Shown: piece after piece, positions 28,051 through 40,693 of the stretch | How the letters are laid out: each line of letters opens with the position of its first letter | Position numbering within the stretch: the stretch's first letter is position 1 | Assembly: GCF_036321535.1 (NCBI RefSeq) | Contig: NC_087447.1 | Span: 40,674,001 to 40,738,000, forward strand | Source of the DNA: Camelus dromedarius | Taxonomy: Eukaryota | DNA: 64,000 bases | Reading direction: 5' to 3' | Notes under the pieces: model-generated | What the model saw: the letters and a program-made list of their open reading frames with translations, nothing else | Databases searched by the model: none | What the model was told of the DNA's origin: nothing | Made by a program: the position numbers and the translations under genes

Positions 28051-29020
28051 AATAATGGAGGTACCAGGTTAGATAAACAGTTACTGCATTTTAAAAAGGC
28101 AACATAACTCTTTTCCAAATGAAATCTGATATAGAGTTCCAAAAAATAAAATAGAAAAGATGACAATCTTTCTGGTTAGAGAGGAGTAAGGCTCAGAGGC
28201 TCTCTTGTTTGCAGGGACCTGGAGGCACCTCTGTGACATCTTGGGCTCCTTGAAAAAGCATGAGACCAGCAAGACCAGACAGTCTCCAAGGGCCAGCCAG
28301 TGGGAGCATCCTGAGATTATCAGGGAAAGACACCAGATTGGGCAGCAGGGCCTCTCTGCGACCTGTTGGCCCCCTGGGCAGGCTAATGGTGTGGCAGATC
28401 TATCTAATATTCTTGGAGTATTTGTTCAACATGTATTTGTTGGGACCAGGAGAAATGGATTTTCTAGTAATAAAATCTGTACACCCTATTCTTTCTGTTC
28501 TTTAGGCTATAACATGCACCGAATATAACATTGAAGCTTATTTGGGACTGTAGTTTACTGCAGATTTTTCTGTCACTCATAACTGGATAGTGTTAGTCAC
28601 TAATATTCGCTAAAGATAACAGTAGATGACATTGGCACATCATAAAGTATTTGCTCCCTGCAAACAGTTCTGCTTTAGTCCTCTCAGAATGTCAGTTGAC
28701 TGTTCTACCAAGTTCAAGCTGCTGGCTCCTGGCATCATGCAAGTTGGTGGTATGGTCTGCATTTGCATGGTGCAACTTCCCCATGCAAATTGCAATAATA
28801 CTCAACAGCGTTATGGAGCCGGAGCTAGTGAAAAGGCTTATTTTTATATTAATTTTTTTTCTCAAAGGCACTACTTTGCACAGAAGTGAGACTGACTCAC
28901 TTTTCACCAGCTATGTCTGTTCCATAATTGCCCATGGAAACCTGAGTTACTGGTGCCATATTGCTGATGTTTTCCAGTGACATTTTTGTAATCCCTATAG
29001 GTGGCATTTCAGGCAACTGT

Positions 29021-29134
29021 GAGGGCTGCCCTGTATGGGGTGCAGGCTATGTACTGCATAATTCTAGGGGCAAATGACAATGTGAATGGCATCCCCTAGA
29101 GTTTTAGCACCTGCATGTACACTGCTTGGCCCTG
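29021..29134. mobile_element. MER91-like hAT-Tip100 MITE
   Basis: Termini agggctgcc…ggccctg, and the internal palindromic core ctagggg…atgtgaatggcatcccctagagtt. Confidence 0.65.
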
Positions 29135-29730
29135 ACAGCTGACTTCTTAACCATGTGATGGAGTTTCACCTTTGCTCCTTATATTTACCCCAGCTGCATG
29201 AGAGCAGGAATCCTGGCTTCATCTCTGCTTCTGTCTTATTATGTGTCCTTGGGCAACTAATGCCATTCCCTTCTCTGGGCCCCAGTTACCTCCCTTAAGC
29301 CCTGAAGTCTTTAAAGAAGATGACCTTTCAGGTCCTATCAACTCCATGTGATTGATTTGCCTTATCCTTAAACTTGGTACTGATGGTCTGCTGATTTCTG
29401 GTGTTGATTTAGATATAGGCTATAAGGAAATAAGAGAAAGCAAACCGGATTAATATCCGGGTGATCCTCCTTGGCGTTCTCCCAGATTTTAGCCTTTTCT
29501 GTTATATGCTGGAATTCTCTGGAGAAGAGGTCATTTCTTTGAGAAAGTCCACCTGGTCCAGTAGAGGTTCCTCCCCAACCAGGCTGTCCCATCTTACCTT
29601 GGGGCCTATCCCTCAATCTGAGGAGTCTCCAGCCAAGGAACGCTTGCAGGAAGCCTTCACCATTGCCTTGCTGCTCTAGTCAGTGTGCTAAGGAAATGAG
29701 GTAAATCTGACAGAATGTGTCCTTGGTGGG

Positions 29731-30177
29731 TATATGAGATTTTTAGGGGTGTTGTAACAAGGTACCACAGAGTGGGTGACTTAACATAATAGAAATTTAT
29801 TCTCCTATAGTTCTGGAGGCTAGAAGTCCAAAACCAAGGTGTTCAGTAGGGCCTTGCTCCCTCTGAAGAGTCCAGAGGAGAGTCCTTCCTGGCTTCTTCT
29901 TCGCTTCTGGTGGTTGTCAGCAATCCTTGCTGCTCCTCGGCTTGTAGATGCACCACTGCAATCTCTGCCTCCATCTTCACGCCACCTTCCCCATATGTCT
30001 CTGCATCTCTGTCTTCTCGTCTTATAAAGGCATCAGTCATTGGATTAAGGCTCACCCTAATCCAGTATGACCTTGTCTTAACTAATTACATCTGCAAAGA
30101 CCTGATTTCCAAATAAAGTTACATTCTGAAGTTCTGGATGGACATGAATTTGGGGGGGCATTATTCAACTCAGTGTA
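29731..30177 (-). mobile_element. MaLR solo LTR (MLT1B/C-like)
   Basis: gaaatttattctcctatagttctggaggctagaagtcc…cattggattaaggctcaccctaatccagtatgacct…ttacatctgcaaagacc…ttccaaataaag. Confidence 0.85.
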
Positions 30178-33100
30178 GCAGGCCATCCAGGCTCCTAGTA
30201 CTCACATTATCCCTGGTGTAATTCTCCTTTCATGGGTACCACCACAGGTCTGTAGTTTAAAATCTACTTACTTTCTCTCCTTAGAAACTAAAGCTGTAGG
30301 ATGCTTGGTGCTAATCTCTTGACTTCTATTCTCCATGACTCATTAAAGATCATTACAATGGGTCTTGTAATTCACTGGCAAGCTCTTGTGGTGCCCTGAA
30401 TTCATCCAGGGCAGGAGATGTGCCTTGTTTAGGTAGCCACGTACCATCCTGAATCTTCTTGGACCACCTTGGGTTTCTATTTATGTATTCATTCAACAAA
30501 TAGTTATTGAAAGCTTTCTGTGTGCCAGGCATGTGCTAGCCCTGTAGATACTATATGAACTGGAGTGAAAATCAAATTGTTGTTTCCATGGTGGTCATGG
30601 ACTCAAAAGAATTAGACATGTAGATACGTAATGAAGCAGTGATAAGCCAGTGGAAGAGGAAGAGTCATGGGAGGAAGGAAGCTCATGTTTTAGATGGGGA
30701 AGAGGGGGCATCTTTCCCTTACCTGTGGTTGTTCAGTGCTTGGCAGCAGATTAGAGTCTGGACCGTGGGTTTTACGATCCAGTGGCTCCCAGCTGCAGGC
30801 TCAGCTGTGGGGCAGCCAAACCTATACCCACACCATGGGGAGCCCTGGCATCCCGACAGCTGGCTGGGGCCTCCGCTCTGTCCCAGGTGCCACCATCATA
30901 GCTGGTGCTAAGGCAGGACCTTTCTGAACGTGACTCACGATGGGAGCTATCCTAGGTGAGGCTGTCTGGTGCTTTTAAACCTGTTAAAGCCTAGGAAGAC
31001 AGTGTGGAAAGGAGGATAGAGGCTGGCTTCTGGTTCCATGGCAGCGTGGCTATAGACCTTTTACTAGTAATTTAACTTCCCTGGGCTTCAATCTCCCCTT
31101 GAGAAAATGGGGATACTGTTCCCACCCTATGATACTGTAGTAAAGATGCAGTGACATAAAACTGCGTCATGTAGCTGGTGCTCACAAGCAGTAGCTCAAA
31201 TTCCATTCCCTTGTAAATGAAGACCCCATGAGACAGGCACGTTTTATTGACTAGGGGAGCTTCTGAAATCTTTCAATGGCAAAGAGTGGGTGCCGAATCA
31301 AAGTTTGTGGGATGGGACAAATAACACAAAAGGCTGCTTGTCTTTGGAGTCTCCAGAAGAACTGTGAACCCTCTCCTCCCTCTGGCACCAAAAGTGTCCT
31401 CTCCCCTGCTTTGTGGGACTACAGGGCCTCTGGGAGGTTGGGAAGGGTCTGCCTGAATGTGTTCAGAGCTGCAGGATTTGTCATGCACAGGAGTAAATCT
31501 GTTGGAAATTAAGGGGTGTAGGGAATACTTTGCAGAGAATAATTGGATTTCCCCTAAACAAACAGAGCAGGTTTCAGTGAGAAACCAGAGCCCAGGCAAA
31601 TATTGTCACAGGGGATGCTCACCAGACCTGTCTTTCCACATGCTGACGGTTGCCCACTCCAGGGACGATGCCCTTGTGGTCTGACTCTTCTAAACACTGG
31701 AACATGGATTAAGCTGGGTTTGGGGAAGATAAGAACTACCCTGTTCCTGGCAAATGTCTACACCATGTCAGGAAAATGCTCACAAGTTAGATCTGATAAA
31801 AGAGGCCCCCACAGCCTGCTGGCTGCCAGAGAGGGCGGGGTCCTTAGCATCTTCACTGGTGTAGATGGTGGTGTGGGCAGGGGGTGGACAGAATGTAACC
31901 ACTGGGCTCTGCCCTCTGCCTGTATCCAAGTAGCCAGGGTTCCTCTTAGGGTCCTTAGTAGTACTCATCACTGGGAATCTTAGTTCAAATCCTGCTGGTC
32001 TGTTAGCATCTTTGAGTCTCAGTTTCCACATCTGTAAAATGGCAGTAATGATACACACATCACCTGGGTTGTTGGTAGGACTTAACGGGACCATGATTTC
32101 CAAGTGCCTGGGAAGGTGCCTGCAGGAGGAGGTTGAAGGATGACAGACTTCTGACCAGCAGGCAGTTCAGGGCCAGCCCTGCTGCTCACTTCTCCCTGTT
32201 TGCTCCTTCCAGTCCCCTCACCCTCTGCTTGGGGACCATGGACCTCACAGGCCTCCAATCTGGCTGCAATTGCCTCTCCATGAACGTCTTCCACATATAG
32301 GGTGTCTGCGGGATGGATGGAACCGAATAAGCCATGTGAGGGAATCAGACACACTCTTACAACCCAACTGCTGAGAGAGCTCCAGTTCCCAAAGCTGTGT
32401 CCCACAGAACACTAGTTCTGTGCCAGGACCATGCAACAGAACGCTGTGAATAAATGCACTTGAAAATCTTTCTTTATGAATGACCTAAATATATTACCAC
32501 ACTCAAGGCTCTATGACACCTTGTAATAAGAAAGCCTGGTTCACTTCTAAGGTGTCCCAAATGCATTTGATCACAGAGGTTCCCTCCCCGCCCTTTTTTC
32601 CCCACATACCCCCTGCTAATGGCTGCAGATAGTGTCTTGTACAGAAGGCACATTGGGAAACACTGGAGGCACAGATTATAGGTGTTCCCTGAGACATTTC
32701 AGACCCCTGAGTCTTAACTGTCCCCTCCTCCACTGGTGGACGCCCCCCCATCCCTATGGCCCCCTCTCCTCACAGTGGTTGTGCTTCTTCCAGAACCCAG
32801 CTGCTCTTGGAAAAGAGCCAGGGCCGAGGAGGCCATTGGGATGGTGTTTTGGGGTGGGTTGGGGCAGAGGGGAGCAAGCCAAATGGGGAGATACCCAAGG
32901 CAGGGCCTAGGGCAGGAAGGGGAGATACTGCTGTCATAGCGAGTTTGCAGGGGTTCCAGGGTACTGTCCCCCGAGCAGAGAGGGGGGCTATGTCAGTATC
33001 AGTGGAAGGGTAGTGACCCAGAAGAACCGTTCCCCTGGCCCTTAACGAGTGGATCCATTCGTAGTTATGAAGTGCTGAGCAGAGGCTAACAGTCCAGAGG

Positions 33101-33829
33101 GAGAGAGGTAATCAATGTACAATTACAAAAGGATCAGACAAGGCTGAGTGGGAAGCGTCTGTGTCTTGCGCTGCAAATTCTCCAGTGCTCCCTTAAGGCT
33201 GTGCCCATGCATTTTCTAGGAGTTAAGTGGATTTCTGGGCCACATTTGTGGACTTGCCGTCAGGGGCGTGGCAGATGACCTTGGCACCCAGCAGTGAGTG
33301 ACTGCAGCTCAGCAGACAGTGAAACTTAAAAGGAGGACCGCTCCACAGGGCTCAGGAGGGGGCAGCTGGTTAGCAGTGCCTGGGGAGCCTGGGGACAGTG
33401 TGGGGAGCTTGGTGCTCCGCAGTCCTCTCCACAGCTCTCCCTTCTGCTCTGCTCAGGGTCTTCCGTGGGTCTCTGTCTTTTCTCCTTACAATGAATTTCC
33501 TATTCCTGTGTTCTGCCTCCTGCCCCCTCTGTGGATTCCCTCTGGCCTGTGGGATTCTGGTGGCTCTGTCCAGGCCCTGGGGCTGTGGAGGTGGGCTTTA
33601 GAGGGGGAGCCCTGCTGGCTGAAGAGTGTCTTGATTCCAGTAGAGGCTGGCTCTGGGTGCTGGGTCAGGAAGACAATCTATACACAGATGGGGCCACCCT
33701 GAGATTCAGGCAGCAGGTGGGGAAGTCTGCTCAGGGCCTCAGTGCCGGCCCTGGCTGGGGCCTAGGAGGAAGACCCCAATCTGGGAACGGAAAGACGTGT
33801 GGTAAAGAAAGGGGGACCAGTCAGAACTT

Positions 33830-34025
33830 CAGGGTGGTTTTCAAATTTAAGCATCTACCAGAATCCCTTGGTGGCTTGTTAAAATGCAGCTGTCTGAGCC
33901 CCACTCCCCAGAGTTTGTGGTTCAGTTGATGTGGAGGGGGGTGGGGCCCTAGAGTCTGCATATCTAACAGGATCCCCCGAAATGCTGGTGCAGCTGGCCC
34001 TGGGTCAACAGCTGGAGAACTGCTG
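33830..34025. mobile_element. MER5A-like hAT-Charlie MITE
   Basis: gtggttttcaaatttaagcat…cagaatcccttggtggcttgttaaaatgcag…ccccactcccagag…tctgcatatctaacag…gagaactgctg. Confidence 0.8.
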
Positions 34026-35815
34026 GTCTACACTAAACTAATACAAGTAGGTAACGCACAGAGCTGTGACTGGGGGGTAAACCCGGGTACCCAGAGCTGT
34101 CCAGGGCTTTGGGATTGCTAGTGATGTCTGCCCCGAGGGCTCCTTGGGACGAGAAGCTGCGGCTCCTGGAAAACTGCTTATCTCTGGAGTGGCTCAGGAA
34201 TGCGGGTGAGGCATCAGAGACTGGGAGTTGGGCAGAGGCCAGGAGATAGGTGAAGCCAGTACTTGGTTATTTAACCAAGGAGGTTCTTATCCTCCCTGAG
34301 AAAAGCCAGCAAAATCGTGGAGAAGCTGTAATGTTGGGTCCAGCCTCTGACCAAATGCAAGTTTTTTAAGTCAAGGTGAGGAGTCTCTGGGAATTGCTCT
34401 GTGCTTAGCGGGGTCTCATCTCCCTCCAGCTCTGTCCACAAAAAGCCCCTGCCTTTTGAACCCTAACTGGGAGCCGGGCTCCAGGCTGGGCCGCAAATGC
34501 TTCCTCACACTTACTGCCAACTTTGAGGCTCTCTGAGGCTAAGCACCTTGCCCCGGTCTCGCAGCCTGTAGGAGGCTGGCTGGGATTGAACACTGTGCTG
34601 CGCATACGCTGTTTTCATCGGTTCAGCACTCGTCTGCTCACATGTACCCTCCGCCAGGCCCCGAGCTGGGCTCTGGGACGCTGGGAGGGATGAACTAGTG
34701 CTTGGCCTCTGGAAGCCTCTGGTCTCTCCGAGGTGGTGGAAGCGTGAACGTCCGTGAATACAGCATGGCAGCTGTTACTGTGAGTGCCTGAACCAAGGGT
34801 TATGGGGCCGACAGGGGATGACTAACTTTCTCAGGGTCCTAGGCTCCTGGCCACAGTCTGGTCCTGGGAGGCAAGGGAGGCTAGTGGCATGTGACATGGC
34901 TCGCTGCCTAGAAACCCCTGGAAGGGCAGAAGCCTGACTTCCTGCCTCCTGGGAGAAGACAGGAGCCTCCAGATGCCTCTGGCTGCTCTCTCCTTTCTTT
35001 CTTTTTAGTGAAGGCATTTGTAATATGTCACTTCCTTTTCTTAATGTTATTTCAGTCCAGGAAATGAACAGTTACCTGGGCAGCTCTCCCGGCAACTACA
35101 TTCGCCAACTTTTCCAGAACGTCATCCTGCTCTCTCCTCACCACGGCGGATGAGCTATAGTGGCCTCCCAGGCGAGGCCAGGGCACCTTTATTCTAAGGA
35201 AGCCTGGAAGTCAAAGGTTTTGGAAATTTCCGGGCTTGGTGAATCCGAGTGGGGTAGGGCCTCAGTGATGACCTCAGGCCCTCATGGCTCTAATGGTGGG
35301 AGGCAAGGCGTGTGGCTAAGGCAGTGGTCCTGAAGCCAGCTTGTCCCCTTTGCTCCAGGATGGGCTGGGGAACACTTGGTTCTCTGACAGACTCTGTTGC
35401 ATAAGGGGGAAAAAAATCAAGTTTGGCCCACATATAAATAGACAGCAACTTTATTTAGTTTACTTTTCCTCAGAGAGAAATATATAGTGTTGAGCTGACC
35501 CACTTTAAAAAAGCTTATTCTTCATATAAATAAAATGAATTCGTTACAAAGCGTTTGAAAAAGATTTTTGGCATCTTTCCTTTTAGGGTCTTTTTTTTTT
35601 CCTGTATGGAGTTTTGTTTTTGCATCAATAGTTGGGTCACCCACTAAAATGTGACTGCTTCAGAGAAATGTTCCGTCAGCCCCAGGGAAGTTTAAATCCC
35701 CCATTACACATCCTCACTACATGCTGTTTGTTCCCTTCATGGTGCTTATCACAATTAATAACCATTTTTTCCATGTTCGGGAAACTATTCTCTTATTTGT
35801 CTGACTCCTCCAGAC

Positions 35816-36010
35816 CTTCAGTACCCAGGATGGTGGCCACTAGCCACATGTGGCTGTGTGAATTTAAATTAAGTAAAATTAAAATTCAGCTCCTCAGTTG
35901 CACTAGCAGAATTTCAAGTGCTCAGAAGCCACATGTGGCTGGTGGCTGCTGCCTTGTGCAGTGTAGGAATGGAGCATCTCTGTCACAGAATGTTCTCTTG
36001 GACAGCTCTG
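35816..36010. mobile_element. MER3 hAT-Charlie MITE (opposite orientation to the 21.8 kb copy)
   Basis: gccactagccacatgtggct…aattcagctcctcagttgcactagc…atttcaagtgctc…ttggacag. 8-bp hAT-type TSD CTC(C/T)AGAC at 35808-35815 and 36011-36018. Confidence 0.85.
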
Positions 36011-37259
36011 CTCTAGACCGCTCACTCCCACGTAGTACGCAGGACTCCCATGGTCCTTCTCGTTCGTGTCATGAAGTATCTTGTGCACCTGGAATCTGAG
36101 GCTGTAGTGAAACGTCAGAAATACTTTATCGGTAAGTTATGGCTGAATTGAGGGGTAGGGGGCAGGGGATGGGAGAGAAAAGCAAGGAGACGGAAAGAGT
36201 AGGAGAGGGTTTTTAGAAGAGCCGAGTGGAGGTGTGACAAGGCAGGGGCTTGGGGATTGCTCAGCTCAGGGCCCTACGTGGCACAAGGGTTGGTCAGGGT
36301 CCCCTGATGGCAGGGTGTCAAAACTCAACGTGTCCCATTGGAAAGTCATGAGAATGGGACTGCCTTGAGGTCCCCTGTGTCTTCCTTTGAGAGAATCCAA
36401 GCATGTAGGCCTCTGGGGAAGGGATACCATCAACCTGCTCATCCAGGAGACTAGAGCCCAAGGAGGTATAGACACTGTAGCTTGTGTCCCACCTGGGCCA
36501 GGACTACCTGTGTCTACTCCCCCCAGGGGCTGAGAACTGAAGGCTCCTTGCTCCTGGGTCTTCCCTATGGCACACTCTGGTTTGTGACTCTGTAATGCTG
36601 GTTGTTTCCTTGCTCTCTGTGGCTGCCACCGGAGTCCTGTCCTGGAAGCCAAGCCTGCCATTTCAGTGGCCTCTACCCCCACATTACATGAGCTTTCCTC
36701 TTCCCTGGCTGACTCCTGTGGCTAGATTAGGCCTGACTGGCAGCTGGGCTCTCTGAGAAGGTTTCCCCATCATGCTTCGGGGTAAACTGAAGGAGGTGAG
36801 TCTGCAGGATATACTTGTGTGGGCTAGGTTCTCTTACAGGGTGAGGCCAGGGGAGGGGCTATGTTTAGGGGCCCAGCCCAGCCACTAGGTTTGTAGCCAG
36901 AACAGTCCCAAGAAGCTAGCCACCTGGAAACCGCACGTGAAATAAACACTACATGTATGCAACGTGGAGGAGGAACTGGGAATAATGGGAAAGTATGTGG
37001 GCAAGAAAAACTGGCTGGTGCTTATCAAACTAGGAGGTCAGGCCTATTGGAAGAGTGGAGAAGAAACCACAAGAGCCAAGGGAGCCTTTGCCAAAGCCAA
37101 GTTCTGGCTAAGTTCTGAGATCGCATATTCCATTTAGATCGAAGCAGCCCCTTAGAGAAGCCCAAGCACGTGGGACGCAGTGGTCCCACCTGCAGTGTTT
37201 GGCACTGATGCAGAGGAAAATGCCTAGAAAAGCAAACCAAGCCTTTTTAGGTCACGTGC

Positions 37260-37720
37260 CATATCAATTAGAATTAAGTTTAGCAGTGAGTTGACGGAAA
37301 ACTCAGTATAACGGTGGATTAGGCAGGATAGAAGTGTGTTTCTCTCTTACATTTAAAAAGTCTGGAGTTAAGCAGTCTGGGGCTGGTCTGCCTACTCCAG
37401 TATCGGGGGCTTAGGCTCTTTTTAGCTTGTTGCTGTCATCCTCAACATGAGCCTTCCACTTTGTGATCCAAAATGGCTGCTCCAGCTCCAGGCATTATAT
37501 GCGCATTCCAGCCAGCAGGAAAAAGAGGGGAGAAGGGCACTTTTTTTTTTAAGGACAATTCCTGTAAGTCACACATACCATCCATTTCCCCCTACATCCT
37601 GTTGTCCAGAATATAGTTGCATGGGCACACCTAGCTTTAAGGGGAGCTGGGAAATGTAGTTTTTCTTCTGGGTAGTCATGTGCTCAGCCATAATTTGGGT
37701 GTTCTAACTAATGGCTTCTG
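37260..37720 (-). mobile_element. MaLR solo LTR (MLT1J/K-like)
   Basis: caaaatggctgctccagctccaggcatt…cattccagccagcagg…cacacctagctttaaggggagctgggaaatgtagt. Confidence 0.7.
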
Positions 37721-40200
37721 CCGTAACAGCTAATAAGAAGTGCATTATTATGACTGAGGGTATAGATGAAACATCTATTGTGTACCAGGAAAACATTTAT
37801 TGTGTTCAGCAGAAAAGATTTTGTATTTGTATTGAATCTTCTGGCTCAGCATAGAGATCTGTTTATTGAATTTACAGGTACTGCCTTGAATAGGAGACTT
37901 AGCATGCAAAAGTGGAGTTTGTTGAGCTGGGAAAGGCAATAAGTTGTATATGTGTTTACTCTTGTGTGCCTGACGCTTATTGTGATTCAAAAAGTGTTTG
38001 GATACACAGAATCATTATTGATGGAGGAGAGTGATGGCTTTGAGCACATGGCCAGGAGGCCTTCAGAGGCCCTCCTTCTGACAAATGGGGAGGTCCCTAG
38101 CCCAGGGCCCCCAAAAGGTCCAGATGTCAGAGGGAGACTGCAGAGAGGTTCCTGTGAGCAGGGCAGCAGGGACTGGAGAGCTAGCTGGGGCAAAAGTCTT
38201 TGTGTTGGATGGAGCAGTTTTGTCTTAGCTCTCGGTGCCTTCCCAAATGGGTGTTGGAGAGGTGCTCCCTTACTGCCTGGGATACCAGGGTCTGCCTTCA
38301 CTCCTTGGACTCCTGCCTCTGCAGTCCCACAAGGGTGTGCCATGCAGTACACAGTGACTGAGGGTAAGAACAAAGTTAATTGGGAATGTCAGCTCGTGTT
38401 CCCTTTTGCAGCCGAGCTTTCAGGACCCTTGGAGATGCAGGTTGCAGCCTGTGCTGACTTTATTTGGGTAACCACTGACTAGGTGCTCACAGTGTCACAC
38501 AGCGATTTGTAATGAGGGCAAATTCAGAGAATCTGGGATGTGAGAAATAGAAAAGGTTTGTCCTGGCCTCTCAGCACCACAGGCTGGGCTGTTCTGGCAT
38601 CCCCAAGCCCTTCCCACCCAAAGAGCATGGAATTCAGAGTCAGAAGAAAAGGCCTGGAGTCCTGGCTCTGCCACCTCCTTGCAGAGCAACTCTGGGTGCT
38701 CCAGGCAGAGGGAAGAGCACACACAGATGCCTGCAAATGTGAGCGAACATGGTGTATCCCAGGAATGGCAGACAGAGCATGTGGGGCTAGGTGAGAGGCT
38801 GGCAGGGCTGTGAAAGGCCTTGAATGCCATACCAAGGAGTTTGGACCTTCTCTGGAAAGCAATAGGGAGCCTCCACTGAATGGATTGTAGGCTGGGGAGG
38901 ATGGAATCTATGTGTATGCTGCTCACCCTGGGTGCCGTGTGGAAGGTGGGCTAGAGGGGAGCGTATGGATGCAGGGAGACCTGTGGGGACACTAAGAAAC
39001 ATGGGAGCCGGGGCTAGAGGACTAGCTTGGACATGCAGGCCTTTGTGTTATGTGGAGAAGCTTTGTCTTAACTCCCCTGCCTTTCCAAATGGGTATTGGA
39101 GAGGAGCTTCCCTGTAGCCTGGGACGTCAGGGGTTGCCTTCCTTTTTAATTTTTATTTTTTGATGGGAACAGGAGGTGTGCCTGGCAGCTTTGCAGAGGC
39201 CTGAGTCAGAGCCCCGGGACATCAGGTGGTGTAGCGCCTGCTAGGGAGAACCGCCCTGAGTGTCCTGTCCCCTTGGGCCTCATTATCCACAGCTGGCTTT
39301 GAGTACTCTTTGCATCACTTTCTGGAGCCTCGCCTAAGCCTGCAATTGCACAAAGTAGGCCAGGAGGTCATCTGTGGCTGCCCTCCACCTTCAATCCAGA
39401 CTTTGGGAAAGGTCTGTCTCAACCAGAACTAGGGCAGACTGGAGCACCTGGGCCGTGCCCATTGGAAGGCAGAGGGGCTTACGTGTAGGAGCTGGTTCCA
39501 GCAGCAGTGGCTGCCATTTATTGTGCACCTGCTATGTGTTGGGCACGGGGCTAAATACTTTCTCATTTAATCCTCACAGCAGCTCTACGTTGTAGGTATT
39601 GTTATTCTCATCTTTCATATTCATCAGTTTAAAGTAGAGGCCAAGTGACCTTCGTGTTTGGAAATGTCTGATCAGGTGGCTTGCCTCCCAGGTAGGCATC
39701 AGATAAAAATGACAAGAGCCGATCAAAGACTCTTCACCCATCAATCCATCCGTCCATCCATCATCTACGTACCCACCTATCTGATCTAAACTTTCACTCT
39801 GTGCCTGCTCTGTACCAGGCTCTCTAGGAGTTTATAAGATGGAGAGATGGAGATCCAGAAAGAAATCAGTAGCATTCAGGATATCTAGTAGATACTGTGG
39901 GCTGTTTGGGGAACAGATGTGTCTATATGGCTGGAGGTCACAGTACTGGGGGACGGTGGACAGGAAATAATGTCAGGCAGGTTGGCTGGTCTTAGGTTGT
40001 GAAGGGTCTCGAAGGCAAAGTCAGTGGGCTGTGGGTGCCACGTTACATCTTAAAGCATTGCAGTGGCAGGATTTGAGTTGTGTTGGACAACAATAGAGAA
40101 AGTATCTATTCTGAGATGATGACTGCTGGGAGAGCCTCATGGGGAGCACACGCAAGAGAGAATGCTGCACAGCTCTGGGCAGCAGATGTGGGCGTAGTTG

Positions 40201-40693
40201 TGTCAAAAAAAAAAAAAAAAAAGCCACAGAGCTGGACAGTAGCTAAAGTGGAAAAGCAGGTTTTATTCAGGACTCTTGCAATACGGGAAAAGAGACCTCT
40301 CTATAGAACTGGGCTCCATTCCAGATACAACAAGACAAGTGGGAATTTATAGCCGAGAAGCAAAGTGGGGTCAGTGGATGGAAAATTACTGAGAGGGAGC
40401 ATCAGGGGTAAGGAGGGGATTCTGGATAAACTGACCTAACAGGACTCTTGCTGAAGGCAGGCCAGGGTGACCAGACACATCAGCTGGGGGAGGGTGAGGA
40501 TGAGGAAACCAGTCACTGAGTGTGATCAGATACTGAGGGTTGGGGCAAGTGGGGATCTAGCTAAACTGATTTAGCAGGGTTCTTGCTCAAATTGAATGAT
40601 GCAGAGATGAATGCGGGAGCCCGAAAGTCGAGGCATAGTTGGAAAGTGGGTTCTGAGGAGCCTGACTAAAGTCTGGCCAAGGACTCTTTGTCA
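40201..40693 (-). mobile_element. ERV1 solo LTR (MER31-like), 493 bp
   Basis: TG…CA termini with a 4-bp TSD GTTG (40197-40200 and 40694-40697). The minus strand starts tgacaaagagtccttggccagactttagtcaggctcctc, a MER31-type 5' end. AATAAA lies on the minus strand at ~40262-40267. Confidence 0.8.
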
